Below are positions 18,209-28,318 of a stretch of 64,000 bases of DNA, piece by piece. The position numbers were made by a program, and so were the translations under genes. Numbering within the stretch: the stretch's first letter is position 1; each line of letters begins with the position of its first letter. The stretch is from Patescibacteria group bacterium. GTDB lineage: Bacteria; Patescibacteriota; Patescibacteriia; JACRDY01. The notes under the pieces are model-generated. The model saw only the letters and a program-made list of their open reading frames with translations. It was not told the origin of the DNA and made no database searches. Where the stretch lies: contig JBAZLA010000001.1 in the NCBI GenBank assembly GCA_041650515.1, positions 146,710-210,709 of the forward strand. Reading direction: 5' to 3'.

Positions 18209-20749
18209 CTATCCTTCTTGACCATTTAAGACGTGTGAATAACGATAATAGAATAACTTAGCTGCCTCTGTACAAACAAAGTAAGCCACAACAACAAATA
18301 ATATCAAAATCAGATGCTGGTTAGTCGGCGCCACAAAACCAAACACCTTCTGACCAAAATGAGTATAAGGAATAATCACTGTTGTCAGTGAAGCAACCCC
18401 GGTTAGCCAGAGGATTAAACTGGCCGGACGATGAGCTTTGAAGAATGGCAAAGCTGTCCGAATAGAAAAAAGTAAAACCAATTCAGTCAAAATACTGCCG
18501 ATAAACCAGTTGGTCTGCAACACCCCCGGAGAGATTCGATAAAAAATTCCAAAAAATAAAAAGTCAAAGGCTGTGCTGACAATCCCCAAAATCATTGCCA
18601 CGGCCAAAATCTGTTTAACCTGATATTTACGTGGCTGAGCAATCTCGTTCTTATCAACATTGTCAGCAGCGATAGCAATCATCGGAAAATCTGACAGGAG
18701 GTTTAGAAGCAAAATCTGCAGCGGTAACATCGGCAAAAAATCAATGAAAAGAGAAGCAATCGCCACCGCATAAAAATTGCCGAAGTTAGAGGTTAAGGTG
18801 GCACGAATGTATTTAGTGGTATTAGCAAAAATACCCCGACCTTCCTTAATCCCATCAATAACTACCTTCAAGCTCCGCTGCAACAATATTATATCAGCGG
18901 CTTCGCGAGCAATATCAGACGCTCCCTGCACGACCAAAGAAACGCTAGCGACTTTAAGCGCCGGCGCGTCGTTGATACCTTCGCCCAAAAAACCAACCTC
19001 ATATTTTTCTTCCAAAATTTGGATAATTTTATACTTCTGTTCTGGCGACACTCGGGCAAAAACCGAATAATTATCAATTGCCTCATGTTGCTTTTTAGGC
19101 GGCAAATCGACGAACTCAGTACCGGTTATAACCGATGTTGCCGCGTCAACTAGTCCCACTTCTTTAGCGACCGCGCCGGCGACTTCTTTACTGTCGCCAG
19201 TCAAAATTTTAATTCGCACTCCCAAATCTTTAGCTTGTTTGACCGCTTGAAAAGTACTCTCCTTAATCGGATCGACAAAACTAATAACACCCAAAAATTC
19301 CATCTCTTCTTCCAGACCAGCCAACTTATCAATCGCAATCTTAGCTGTCTTAATCGACAAATTTTTTCTAGCGACTGCTAACACCCGCCGACCCTGGCTC
19401 CCCTTATCCACCAGCCATTTAGCAATCTCCTTTTGTTTGGCCGCCGAAACATTCTTAGCTAAAGACAAAACAACCTCCGGTGCGCCCCGGACAATAAGCT
19501 CATATTTTTTGTTTTTCTCGACCAGCGAGACATTACGCCGCAATTCCGGATTAAAAGGAATATCACCGATTCTAATCCACTGTTTTAGCTCTGTCTTTTT
19601 AGCTGAGGGCAGTTTATCCCACAAAGCAATATCAAAAGGATCGAGTTTCTTTTTATCCAAAGCCGTCGCCGCTAGATTGGCATATAACAAAGGATCAACA
19701 GCCCCGAGAGCATAAATCTCGTCAACAGCTAAAATATTTTCAGTGATGGTGCCGGTTTTATCAGTACACAGGACTTCGATACCGCCCAAATCTTCAATTG
19801 CCGAAAGCCTTTTGACCACTACCTTTTTTTTGGCTAGATGCAACGCACCGCGTGATAGAGAAAAGGTAGTCACTAGTGGTAAAGCCTCGGGGATGACACT
19901 AACTGCCAGGGCGATAGAAAAAACCAACAGTTCCAAAAAATTAGCACCCTGACCCTTAATCAATATATTGGCGACAAAAACCAAAACTAGCGTAACCAAG
20001 ACCAAGCGCAGAATAAAAGAACTAATTTTGGCGATGCCTTTTTCAAAAGCGCTAAAATGTCTGGTTTCTAAAGTCAAACGACTAATACCGGCCATCACTG
20101 TATTTTTACCCGTCGTTACTACCATTCCAAAACCCTTACCATTAACTACCATTGTTCCGGCAAAACCTAAATTGATTGCTTGATATATCTCTTTAGCCTC
20201 CTGCTCCAAGACTTCACTAATCTTTCTAACCGGCACTGACTCACCGGTTAAAATTGACTCGTCAACTGTCAAATTTTGCACCTCCAAAAAACGAACATCG
20301 GCCAAAATTTTATCTCCAGTCTCTAGAACCAAAATATCACCAGGCACCAGCTCGGTAGAGAGGATCACCAGCTCTTTACCATCCCGTAGTACCTTCGCCT
20401 GAGAAGTGACATAATGCTTGAGCAGTTTTAGAGTTTTTTCCGAACGATATTCCTGGCAAAAGCCCAAAATAGCGTTAATTAATAAAAATAATAAAATCAT
20501 TGAGCTATCCAAAATTTCTCCTAAAGCGAAAGTGAGAACCACCGCTGCCAGAAGTAAATAAATAAAGGGCGACTTAAATTGTCGCAATAGGATGCTCCAC
20601 CAATGGACTTGACGTGAGCCCAGTTCGTTCGGTCCAAACTTAACTAACTGCTCTTTAGCCTGGATCGGAGTTAAGCCACCAGCCAAAGAGGTTTTAAACT
20701 CGCTAACCAAATCAGCCGCCGCCTGGATAGTATAAACGTAAGGATTCAT
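18209..20749 (-). CDS. Cation-translocating P-type ATPase (type II, Ca2+/Mg2+-like)
   Basis: 846 aa with the phosphorylation motif CTDKTGTITEN, TGES, the hinge GEGINDAPALKVA and flanking transmembrane helices. Confidence 0.85.
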   Translation of the reverse strand: MNPYVYTIQAAADLVSEFKTSLAGGLTPIQAKEQLVKFGPNELGSRQVHWWSILLRQFKSPFIYLLLAAVVLTFALGEILDSSMILLFLLINAILGFCQEYRSEKTLKLLKHYVTSQAKVLRDGKELVILSTELVPGDILVLETGDKILADVRFLEVQNLTVDESILTGESVPVRKISEVLEQEAKEIYQAINLGFAGTMVVNGKGFGMVVTTGKNTVMAGISRLTLETRHFSAFEKGIAKISSFILRLVLVTLVLVFVANILIKGQGANFLELLVFSIALAVSVIPEALPLVTTFSLSRGALHLAKKKVVVKRLSAIEDLGGIEVLCTDKTGTITENILAVDEIYALGAVDPLLYANLAATALDKKKLDPFDIALWDKLPSAKKTELKQWIRIGDIPFNPELRRNVSLVEKNKKYELIVRGAPEVVLSLAKNVSAAKQKEIAKWLVDKGSQGRRVLAVARKNLSIKTAKIAIDKLAGLEEEMEFLGVISFVDPIKESTFQAVKQAKDLGVRIKILTGDSKEVAGAVAKEVGLVDAATSVITGTEFVDLPPKKQHEAIDNYSVFARVSPEQKYKIIQILEEKYEVGFLGEGINDAPALKVASVSLVVQGASDIAREAADIILLQRSLKVVIDGIKEGRGIFANTTKYIRATLTSNFGNFYAVAIASLFIDFLPMLPLQILLLNLLSDFPMIAIAADNVDKNEIAQPRKYQVKQILAVAMILGIVSTAFDFLFFGIFYRISPGVLQTNWFIGSILTELVLLFSIRTALPFFKAHRPASLILWLTGVASLTTVIIPYTHFGQKVFGFVAPTNQHLILILFVVVAYFVCTEAAKLFYYRYSHVLNGQEG

Positions 20750-20812
20750 AGATTAAAAAAATAAATAGCTAGATTGCTATTATTTTATCATCTTATTAGA
20801 CAAAACTACAGA

Positions 20813-21652
20813 TCAACTCTTGGCGACCTGTCTTAGCCGGCTAATCAGTACCTTCTCACCTCTGGTTAGTCTGCCAGTCTGGCGCGAAATATTATAATGG
20901 TGATCCGCTAATAAATATAGCCCCTGCCTACCGGCTGGGGTCAAAAATTTTAACAAACGATCCAGTTGGCGCGGACAATTGGCTAAAACCCGCAACAAGG
21001 TGGCGGTTACTGGCCGCGAGAGATTAATATTTTTAGCAACAATTTGCGGATATGACTCCAAAGCCAAATGATTGATAATTGATTCCCAAACGATTCTTTT
21101 TTTTCCTAGATCAGCAACAACAAAAAGATGAATCTTTTTTGCCCCAGCTTTAATCAACATCTGACTAACTTCCTTAGCGATTGATCCAGTAATTAAAATA
21201 TCATCAATGAGAATTATTTCTTTACCCTGAATTTTCTTTTTGTCGGCTGGACCAGCTAAAGCATAAAATTTAATTATGGCTTTTGGCCGCTTGGCCGCCG
21301 AAAGAATTAGGGCGTAATTATCAAAACGTTTTATTTTTTTAAGCCTAATTATCGGCAAGTGTAATTGCTGACTAATATTATTGGCTAAAATTTCTGCTGT
21401 CTGAGGCAGGCTCGGGCTGACTGACGAAGGATAAGCTAAGACAAATTGACGCCGGTCAAACCGACCAATAGTTTTAACAATTAGTTTTGATAATTTTTTA
21501 GAGAAATAATTAGTTTGGGTTAAAAAACCTAATTTCAAAAAAGAGAGCTTTAGTAGAATCTCTTTTTTTCGAGGATTATTAAAAATTTTAGTACCATCCA
21601 ATATACTTTTACAAATTGAGCTTGATTTTTCTTCAATCTTCTTTAATGCCAT
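20813..21652 (-). CDS. ComF-like phosphoribosyltransferase-domain protein
   Basis: A PRTase motif, GKEIILIDDILITGSIAKE, lies in the middle. The N-terminal zinc finger is absent. Confidence 0.55.
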   Translation of the reverse strand: MALKKIEEKSSSICKSILDGTKIFNNPRKKEILLKLSFLKLGFLTQTNYFSKKLSKLIVKTIGRFDRRQFVLAYPSSVSPSLPQTAEILANNISQQLHLPIIRLKKIKRFDNYALILSAAKRPKAIIKFYALAGPADKKKIQGKEIILIDDILITGSIAKEVSQMLIKAGAKKIHLFVVADLGKKRIVWESIINHLALESYPQIVAKNINLSRPVTATLLRVLANCPRQLDRLLKFLTPAGRQGLYLLADHHYNISRQTGRLTRGEKVLISRLRQVAKS

Positions 21653-21744
21653 TGAGGTCGTTGATAAATTATTTCCATCTTATAACTATTTCTTGAAAGA
21701 AGTCAACATCCCGGATGACAAATTTAATCAAGAGAATAAACTCT

Positions 21745-21775
21745 TGACTTAATCAAAAAATCCACTAAGATTGCC
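21745..21775 (+). promoter_or_regulatory. Sigma70-like promoter (TTGACT-16-TAAGAT) for candidate ncRNA
   Basis: The sequence is ttgacttaatcaaaaaatccactaagat. Confidence 0.4.
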
Positions 21776-21782
21776 CCCAGTG

Positions 21783-22128
21783 GCAACTTACCTGGAGGAT
21801 TAAAGTGACAACGTTGATCATTTCTTCGACGTTCCTCTGGGCAGCAGCACGCCTGTTCTGGTTGAGTCTTTACCAACCGAATGAGCAAACGCTGCCCTCT
21901 TGCGCCAACACTTTGACGGGGAGAATGCCCGGCATTGTTTCACTCACCGTTAGTGGCCGTCTGCCGCTGGATACTCCCGGTGGGAGAATGCCCGGCGTCA
22001 CTCACCGCGGGTGAGGTCTTGAATATCCGTTTACCTCAGCCACCAGTAAACGGAGCCTCACTCGCTTTGGAGCTTTGCTCCACCTCGGACAATTTCGCCG
22101 CGTCTCGGCAGATTGTCCTTTTTTTATT
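21783..22128 (+). ncRNA. Candidate structured ncRNA (~345 nt), GC-rich, class unknown
   Basis: There is no credible ORF. GC is about 57% in AT-rich flanks. The motif GGGAGAATGCCCGGC-N-TCACTCACCG is duplicated internally at 21919-21948 and 21978-22010. Hairpins include ccgtttac...gtaaacgg and ggagc...gctcc. It ends with the intrinsic terminator ggacaat...attgtcc plus T7 at 22087-22128. Confidence 0.35.
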
Positions 22129-22206
22129 AACAGATGATACAAACAAATAATATAGATATAATAAAGGTAGCTCATAGACTACCTCTGCATACTATGAAAC
22201 TCAATA

Positions 22207-23349
22207 CTATAGTTGCAGATAACTATAGCCAAACCAAAAGGGCTGACCTTGGTAAAATTTTTCTGACATTTCAAAATTTTCATAAGCCACCCCGGCCGTT
22301 AGTCTCTTACTACCGCAAGGGTTAATAAACCCGCCAAAATAATTCTCTCGGCCGTTAACTCGCACGGCTAAATCATCTTTGTAAGTGCCCGGATATTTCC
22401 GCCAATACTGATAAAATTTTAGTTCATCATAGTAAGGTGCCCCACTACCCAAATCGCTCACCCAGGGGCCGCTCTCATCATTATCGCTAGAAACAGTAAT
22501 ACTGCCATCAGCCGCAATTCGTAAACTGTCTAGACCAAAACTAACATACGGATAAAAACACCAGCTGCCCAACTGCTGACCACCAAATAAGTCTTCAGCG
22601 TTAGCGATACGATCTTTTAGATACAGATTGCGCAACCGACCTAGATTACCATAAGTCGCCGAAATATTAATGTATTTCAAAGACTTTGTTTTTTCTAGAG
22701 GATTGTAGCTACTGATTTTAATTTCGCGCGGTGCTTTCTTATCAATTTCAACGATGAGATAAATTTTAGCTTTGGTGTTATCAAATTCCGACAGACGAAA
22801 GACCACTCGCAACACATCATCTCTAATCTCAGCGGCGCTAGCGAGCCCCGCTGGTTTATTCTGTCCGGGATCGAGAAAATTTAAAACTTCCTGGCTAGCT
22901 TCACCTTTTTGATTAATCAATTGATCAAGATCGGCAACAAACTGGAGATTATCTGGATAAAACTCAATCCGCTCTTGCTCTGAAGCATCATATTTATTGT
23001 CCGCCGACAGTAAAGAGACGCCCAAATAATTAAAAAAATGACTCTGGCCAGTCTGATCGGTCCAACCGATACGCAATAATCCTTGGGCCCAAACACCGCC
23101 CGGTTTATAATCCATCTCAGTGCTGCTAATACCAAAAACGATCCCGTCTCTTAGCCCCCACAGCGGATTATCATTATCACTTAGTGGTTGAATCCATTCA
23201 GATTGGTTAATGGCCGGCTGGTTAGTAATCCGACTAACTGCCCGCTGCACCCAACCCGACTGCTGACCCCGGTGAACCAAACGCTGGCAACCAACAACTA
23301 ATAGCAGAATAATAATGATAAATAGCAGGCAGCAAAAAAATCGTTTCAT
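22207..23349 (-). CDS. Hypothetical lipoprotein (signal peptide + LVVGC lipobox)
   Basis: 380 aa. The N-terminus is MKRFFCCLLFIIIILLLVVGCQ. Confidence 0.5.
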   Translation of the reverse strand: MKRFFCCLLFIIIILLLVVGCQRLVHRGQQSGWVQRAVSRITNQPAINQSEWIQPLSDNDNPLWGLRDGIVFGISSTEMDYKPGGVWAQGLLRIGWTDQTGQSHFFNYLGVSLLSADNKYDASEQERIEFYPDNLQFVADLDQLINQKGEASQEVLNFLDPGQNKPAGLASAAEIRDDVLRVVFRLSEFDNTKAKIYLIVEIDKKAPREIKISSYNPLEKTKSLKYINISATYGNLGRLRNLYLKDRIANAEDLFGGQQLGSWCFYPYVSFGLDSLRIAADGSITVSSDNDESGPWVSDLGSGAPYYDELKFYQYWRKYPGTYKDDLAVRVNGRENYFGGFINPCGSKRLTAGVAYENFEMSEKFYQGQPFWFGYSYLQL

Positions 23350-23506
23350 AAGTTAGCTTTCTTTAATATTGATTATCTGACCCTATTATACCAAGCTAAA
23401 CAAAAATGAACTACCATCGACTCAGCGGCGACGGTTCCGTTCGACTGACTACGCCAGGGTAGTTTTATTATTATTATTTCAAAACGACCAAGATATCAAA
23501 CTGCCC

Positions 23507-23712
23507 GGGGTTTGGGGCAAATACGGCGCGAAGCCGAAGCTCCGACCTTTTCTGATTACGCCAAGGAGCGAGGCGGGTTAGTCCGTAGACAGCTAAACAA
23601 TGAATCGCGCCTTATGAGCCCCAAAACTTTTTTGGTCCGCCTAGACTCGCTAGGCGAGGCTGGTTACTTTTTTGCCCGCCTTGCCGGCGAGGCAGGGTTA
23701 CAAAAAAGTAAC
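23507..23712 (+). repeat. Structured intergenic repeat family, copy 3 (preface from ~23440; extra hairpin inserted in terminal loop)
   Basis: It reads GGGGTTTGGGGCAAATACGGCGCGAAGCCGAAGCTCCGACC...GAGCGAGGCGGGTTAGTCCG...AATGAATCGCGCCTTATGAGCCCCAAAAC TTTTTTGG...GTTACAAAAAAGTAAC. Confidence 0.75.
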
Positions 23713-23956
23713 AACTGCAACAACCGTAGCAGGTAAATACAGCTACGGAATTAATAACCCGGGAGCTATATTAGAAAACGTACTCACCAACTGACGCTAG
23801 TGACTTATCTGGTTAACTAAAAAGCGGTTACTTTTGGACTAATGAAACGTTACAACTAATAGCGCCGGCTCGCTAAAATAATCTATGCTATACTTAAAGA
23901 AATAGTTACCCGATGTAATACCCCAAATAAGGACAAAAAATAATTGCTAAATCTAG

Positions 23957-24523
23957 ATGATGAAGCCAGACGAAGCACAAATTATCATCGCCTGCCAGCA
24001 AGGTGATTTAACCAAATTTGCCCAGCTTTATGATCAATATATCAAAAAAATCTATAACTTCGTCTATTATAAAACCAACCATCCGCAAACAGCCGAAGAT
24101 CTAGTTAGCCAAACTTTTATCAAAGCCTTAGAGAACATTACTAAATTTAAACTCGGCAGTCAGAGCTCTTTTTCGGCCTGGCTTTATCGCATCGCCCAGA
24201 ATACCGTCATTGATTATTATCGAACCAAAAAAGCCGATGCTAATATTAACGACTACTACGACTTAGCCTCAACCGAAGACACTCAGCTCAACGCCATAAC
24301 CAGCGAGCAAAAAGCCAAAGTCCAGACCTACCTACAAAAACTCAACCCCGAACAACGCCAGATTGTTATTATGCGGCTCTGGGACGAGCTCTCTTATCAA
24401 GAAATAGCCAGCCTCACTCAAAAAAGCGAGGCTAGCTGTCGCATGACTTTTTGCCGAGCAATAGGCCAATTAAAAAAAGAATTACTAATTATCATCGCTT
24501 TTATCACGTTATTAATCAAATAA
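23957..24523 (+). CDS. ECF-type RNA polymerase sigma-70 factor
   Basis: 188 aa with sigma region 2 (YRIAQNTVIDYYR) and a region 4 helix-turn-helix (LSYQEIASLTQKSEASCRMTFCRAIGQLKK). Confidence 0.8.
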   Translation: MMKPDEAQIIIACQQGDLTKFAQLYDQYIKKIYNFVYYKTNHPQTAEDLVSQTFIKALENITKFKLGSQSSFSAWLYRIAQNTVIDYYRTKKADANINDYYDLASTEDTQLNAITSEQKAKVQTYLQKLNPEQRQIVIMRLWDELSYQEIASLTQKSEASCRMTFCRAIGQLKKELLIIIAFITLLIK

Positions 24524-24527
24524 AAAT

Positions 24528-26081
24528 ATGAACGACAAAATAAGAATCATCCTTGATGACCTCTACGCCCAAGACTCTAGCCTACGCCAACACGAAGAAA
24601 CACTCATCCAACTAATCAATGATTTTTTAGCTACCAAGCCCGACGTCCAAATTGACGAACAATTTATCCATCAACTGCGACAAACCCTTTTAGCCAAAGC
24701 TCAAGAGCTCGGACACCCACCCAAAAAAGATTTATTGACCATGATTAACCGATACCGAATCAGCAACAAACTGATCTATATCGCCAGCGGCACTTTTGTT
24801 TTGGCGCTGTTAGTTAGCTCCTTAAAATATGGTGGGGAAAACAGTCTGACTCTAGACCAAGCGCTTAATTTTGATAACCAACTAAAAATCGAAAAAGCTG
24901 AGCATCAAGCTTTTGGTTCCCTAGCCACTCAAGCTAACCTAGCGACTACTAATTATACTAGCCAAGAACTAGGCCTGGCTAGCGCGCCAGTTGCTGATGG
25001 TCGCGGTGGTGGCGGCACGGCAACCAAAGTTATAAGTAGCGAAATAATGATCGAGCCAGGGATGATGCCCCCAATAGATAACTGGCAGCCAACTGAATAC
25101 CAATTTATTTATAAGGGCGAACCGATCGATCCCACCGACACTGAGATAACTGTACTTAAACGGATCAAAATCAACAGTAGCGGCAGTAAACTAGCCCAAG
25201 TACTTAACAAAATAACCTTTGGTCTAATCGAGCCAAAAAACTTTACCAATACCAGTGTAGATAACGTCACTATCTCGGAAAACAAAAGTCTAGGCTATAG
25301 TGTTAATTACAATTTCACCGAAGGCGCTGCTTCGATCTCTGAAAATTATCCCAAATGGCAGCGCTGCGGCGGTGGCGACTGCCAGTATCAACCACTAAGC
25401 CCGGATGATATGCTAAGTGACGCGGTTTTGATCAAATTGGCCGATGAGTTTTTAGCTCAATATAAAATCAATATGACTAACTATGGTTCAGCTATAGTTA
25501 GTAAAACCAACCAACGGGATATGCCAGTAGCTAGTGGCGCTCCTAGTGAATACTACTTACCGGAGAATATCACTCTAGTCTACCCGCTAAAAATCGACGG
25601 GCAAATAGTTTATAACGAAAACGGCGATCCCGACGGCCTGCAAGTCAATATTAATCTACGAGAAAAAAAAGTGGCTAGCGTCTGGAATCTAAACACTCAA
25701 AACTACCAAGCTTCCAGCTATCCGGCCCAAGATAGCGCCGAAAGTATTATTCAACTAGCTGAGCAGGGTGGCTGGCGCAACTACCATTATCCCGCTGCTC
25801 CCGAATCAAAAATTGTGACAATCGAGCTTGGCACACCAATCAAAGGTCTGGTCCGAATTTGGAATTACCAGGGCCTGGTTAGCGACGAGCTACTGGTACC
25901 AGCCTACCTTTTCCCGATAACCAAAGTAACTGGTGAAGACTACTACCGGACTAACGTGATTGTGCCGCTGGCTAAAGACCTGCTGATCAATGACGTCTAT
26001 CCGATACCGCTATTAGAAAAAACTAGGTCCAGTATCACTCCACCAGCCGACATTCAAATCGCGCCTCAACCAAACCAATAA
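24528..26081 (+). CDS. Putative anti-sigma factor (single-pass membrane protein with large extracytoplasmic domain)
   Basis: 517 aa. It begins 4 bp after the sigma factor. There is one transmembrane segment around residue 90. Confidence 0.45.
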   Translation: MNDKIRIILDDLYAQDSSLRQHEETLIQLINDFLATKPDVQIDEQFIHQLRQTLLAKAQELGHPPKKDLLTMINRYRISNKLIYIASGTFVLALLVSSLKYGGENSLTLDQALNFDNQLKIEKAEHQAFGSLATQANLATTNYTSQELGLASAPVADGRGGGGTATKVISSEIMIEPGMMPPIDNWQPTEYQFIYKGEPIDPTDTEITVLKRIKINSSGSKLAQVLNKITFGLIEPKNFTNTSVDNVTISENKSLGYSVNYNFTEGAASISENYPKWQRCGGGDCQYQPLSPDDMLSDAVLIKLADEFLAQYKINMTNYGSAIVSKTNQRDMPVASGAPSEYYLPENITLVYPLKIDGQIVYNENGDPDGLQVNINLREKKVASVWNLNTQNYQASSYPAQDSAESIIQLAEQGGWRNYHYPAAPESKIVTIELGTPIKGLVRIWNYQGLVSDELLVPAYLFPITKVTGEDYYRTNVIVPLAKDLLINDVYPIPLLEKTRSSITPPADIQIAPQPNQ

Positions 26082-26185
26082 AATAAACCGCCGCTCCAAT
26101 AATTATCGGAGCGGTTTTGTTTTACTGACTTCGCCAGCCTAGTTCCTTATTCTTATTTCAAAACGATAAAGATATTAAACTAATA

Positions 26186-26343
26186 GGGGTTTGGGGTCGG
26201 CAAGGGGCCGAGCCGAGTCTCCGACCTTTTCTGACTACACCAAGGAGCGAGGCGGGTAGAACCGTAAATAGATAAACAGTACTTTGCCCCTTGCCGACCC
26301 CAAAACTTTTTTATATTACTTTTTTGGTTACAAAAAAGTAATA
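26186..26343 (+). repeat. Structured intergenic repeat family, copy 4 (preface from ~26122)
   Basis: It reads GGGGTTTGGGGTCGGCAAGGGGCCGAGCCGAG...TACTTTGCCCCTTGCCGACCCCAAAAC TTTTTTATATTACTTTTTTGGTTACAAAAAAGTAAT. The closing helix GGGGTCGGCAAGGGGC/GCCCCTTGCCGACCCC is perfectly complementary and differs from copy 1 by compensatory changes. Confidence 0.75.
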
Positions 26344-26473
26344 TACCAACCAAAGTAAATACCCCTAGGACTGCTCCAATCCGATTTTACGTCGGACCTC
26401 GCAATGACGTGAACAAAAATTTGGCGGTTCGGCCTAAAACCTCTATAATTAGGTTATAATCTAGCAATAAAAT

Positions 26474-27088
26474 ATGTACCATCAACAAATCGCTCGTTCG
26501 ATCAGCCGATACCAGGTTAATATTGTTATTAAAATTCTGATCATCTCCGATTTTCTGGTGTGGTCAGCTAACCAGCTGCTCGCTCCTATCTTTGCCATTT
26601 TTGTCACCGACCAAATCGCTGGCGGCACCATCGAAGCAGCCGGTATCGCCTCCGCTCTCTATCTAGTCTTTAAATCACTTTTTGAAATCCCGGTAGGTAT
26701 CTACATTGACCGCACTACCTCAGAAAAAGACGATCTCTGGTGTGCCGTCATTGGCACTACTCTAACGGCCCTGCTCTTTTTTGGCTACTCTTTTATCCAT
26801 ACTGTCAACGGTGTCTATATCATCCAAGCGCTGCTTGGAATCACCTCAGCCATATCTTTCCCCGGCTGGTATTCTATTTTTACCCGACATATTGATAGAG
26901 AAAAAGCCGGTTTTGAATGGAGTGTTTATGATGTTTTCTTAGGCCTAGGTATGGCGGCAGCCGCAGCGCTGAGCGGGTTTTTTGCTGATCGGTTCGGTTT
27001 TAGCTCTCTCTTTATCCTATTAGGAATATTCACCTTACTGGGATCATTTATGTTAATAATGATTAAGAATAAAATTTACACTAAATAG
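26474..27088 (+). CDS. Half-size (6-TM) MFS-transporter-like membrane protein
   Basis: 204 aa, resembling the C-terminal six-helix half of MFS permeases. No partner half is adjacent. Confidence 0.4.
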   Translation: MYHQQIARSISRYQVNIVIKILIISDFLVWSANQLLAPIFAIFVTDQIAGGTIEAAGIASALYLVFKSLFEIPVGIYIDRTTSEKDDLWCAVIGTTLTALLFFGYSFIHTVNGVYIIQALLGITSAISFPGWYSIFTRHIDREKAGFEWSVYDVFLGLGMAAAAALSGFFADRFGFSSLFILLGIFTLLGSFMLIMIKNKIYTK

Positions 27089-27094
27089 AAATCT

Positions 27095-28168
27095 ATGATC
27101 AAATGGTCGCAGCTATCTAGACTCAAAAAAATCGGCGCTGGGCTGGGAGCAATCGTCGGTTTATTCGTTTGCTGTATTATTATTCTGGTCGGCCTGAATA
27201 TTTATTTAACTAAACAACGAGCCGGCGATAGCCTGGCCCAACGCGTTCACTATCCCGGAGCTAGCGGGGTAATCTCTGGTGATGATTTAGGCTTAGAATA
27301 CGCTACCGCCACTGGCCTAGCTAATGATGAGGCATCACCAATAATCGAACTACTGGATAATATTAGTACCAAAGCCACCCTGGAGGAGACGGCGACACCT
27401 AATACCCAGGTCCTAGGTGCACAACCAGCCTATGCCCAAGAAGGCGAATTGACCCAGAAAAAAATTATCCGCGACGGTTCGCTTAGTCTCTTTGTTATTA
27501 GCCCGGAAGATTCAATCCAAAAAATCAGCGACTTAGCGACCAGCGCTGGCGGATTTATTCAAAATTCCCAAATCTATGAAGTCAGTAATGGTAATAAATC
27601 CGGCTATATTGTCATCCGCGTACCAGCCACTAAATTTGGGGAAACTGTTTCCAAAATTAAAGAATTAGCCAAAGAAGTTGAACGTGAAGAAATTGAATCT
27701 AAAGATGTAACCGAAAGGTTTGTCGATCTGGAAGCTCGGCTCCACAATTATCAAGCCGAGGAAGCCCGCTATTTAGAAATTATGAATAAAGCCGTAACTA
27801 TTGATGAAACATTAAAAGTCTCCCGACAACTCAGTGCGGTCCGTGAAAAGATTGAAACTCTCCAAGGCCAGCTGCAATACCTTTCCCGCCAAGTGGAAAT
27901 GTCCACCATCAGCGTCAATCTGACATCTTATGACGATGTTAAAGTCTTTGGTCTGCGCTGGCGGCCGCTTTACCAGATTAAAAAATCCTTCCGCGGGCTG
28001 CTTGATGGTCTAACTGGCTATATCGACGCGATGATCGGCCTACTGATGAGCCTCCCGATTATTATCCTTTGGTTAGCGACCATACTAGTAATCGCGATCC
28101 TGGTCTGGAAAATCTTGCGCTGGGTCTACCGCCGCTTCATCAAGCGCCAGGCGCCACCAGTACAATAA
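27095..28168 (+). CDS. DUF4349-like membrane-anchored protein (N-terminal TM, coiled-coil, C-terminal TM)
   Basis: 357 aa with an architecture typical of DUF4349. Confidence 0.45.
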   Translation: MIKWSQLSRLKKIGAGLGAIVGLFVCCIIILVGLNIYLTKQRAGDSLAQRVHYPGASGVISGDDLGLEYATATGLANDEASPIIELLDNISTKATLEETATPNTQVLGAQPAYAQEGELTQKKIIRDGSLSLFVISPEDSIQKISDLATSAGGFIQNSQIYEVSNGNKSGYIVIRVPATKFGETVSKIKELAKEVEREEIESKDVTERFVDLEARLHNYQAEEARYLEIMNKAVTIDETLKVSRQLSAVREKIETLQGQLQYLSRQVEMSTISVNLTSYDDVKVFGLRWRPLYQIKKSFRGLLDGLTGYIDAMIGLLMSLPIIILWLATILVIAILVWKILRWVYRRFIKRQAPPVQ

Positions 28169-28179
28169 ACAAATTTAGC

Positions 28180-28215
28180 TAAAACCACCTGACACCAACC
28201 AGGTGGTTTTGTTTC
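28180..28215 (+). terminator. Rho-independent terminator
   Basis: The hairpin aaaaccacctgacaccaaccaggtggtttt is followed by gtttcc. Confidence 0.55.
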
Positions 28216-28318
28216 CGAATCAACTACAAATTGTGGATAACCCCCCCCCGTTACGAAACAGCTAAAAAATGTTATAATTATAAAAAGTTTAATATAAATA
28301 TAAATAAACCAAAGTAAT

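Noticed and set aside
21783-22128. Assignment of the GC-rich non-coding unit as RNase P RNA or tmRNA
   Set aside because: I could not find the P4 blocks (GGAAAGUCC ... ACAGAANCCGGCUUA). The two CCCGGC-containing segments are direct duplicates that cannot pair as P4. No tmRNA ends (5' GGGG, 3' GGUUCGA...CCA) or plausible tag reading frame were found either. It is left as unclassified.
28241-28249. C9 tract as a classic phase-variation switch in the promoter spacer
   Set aside because: The tract lies upstream of the predicted -35 rather than between -35 and -10. It is kept only as a lower-confidence observation within the surface-protein finding.
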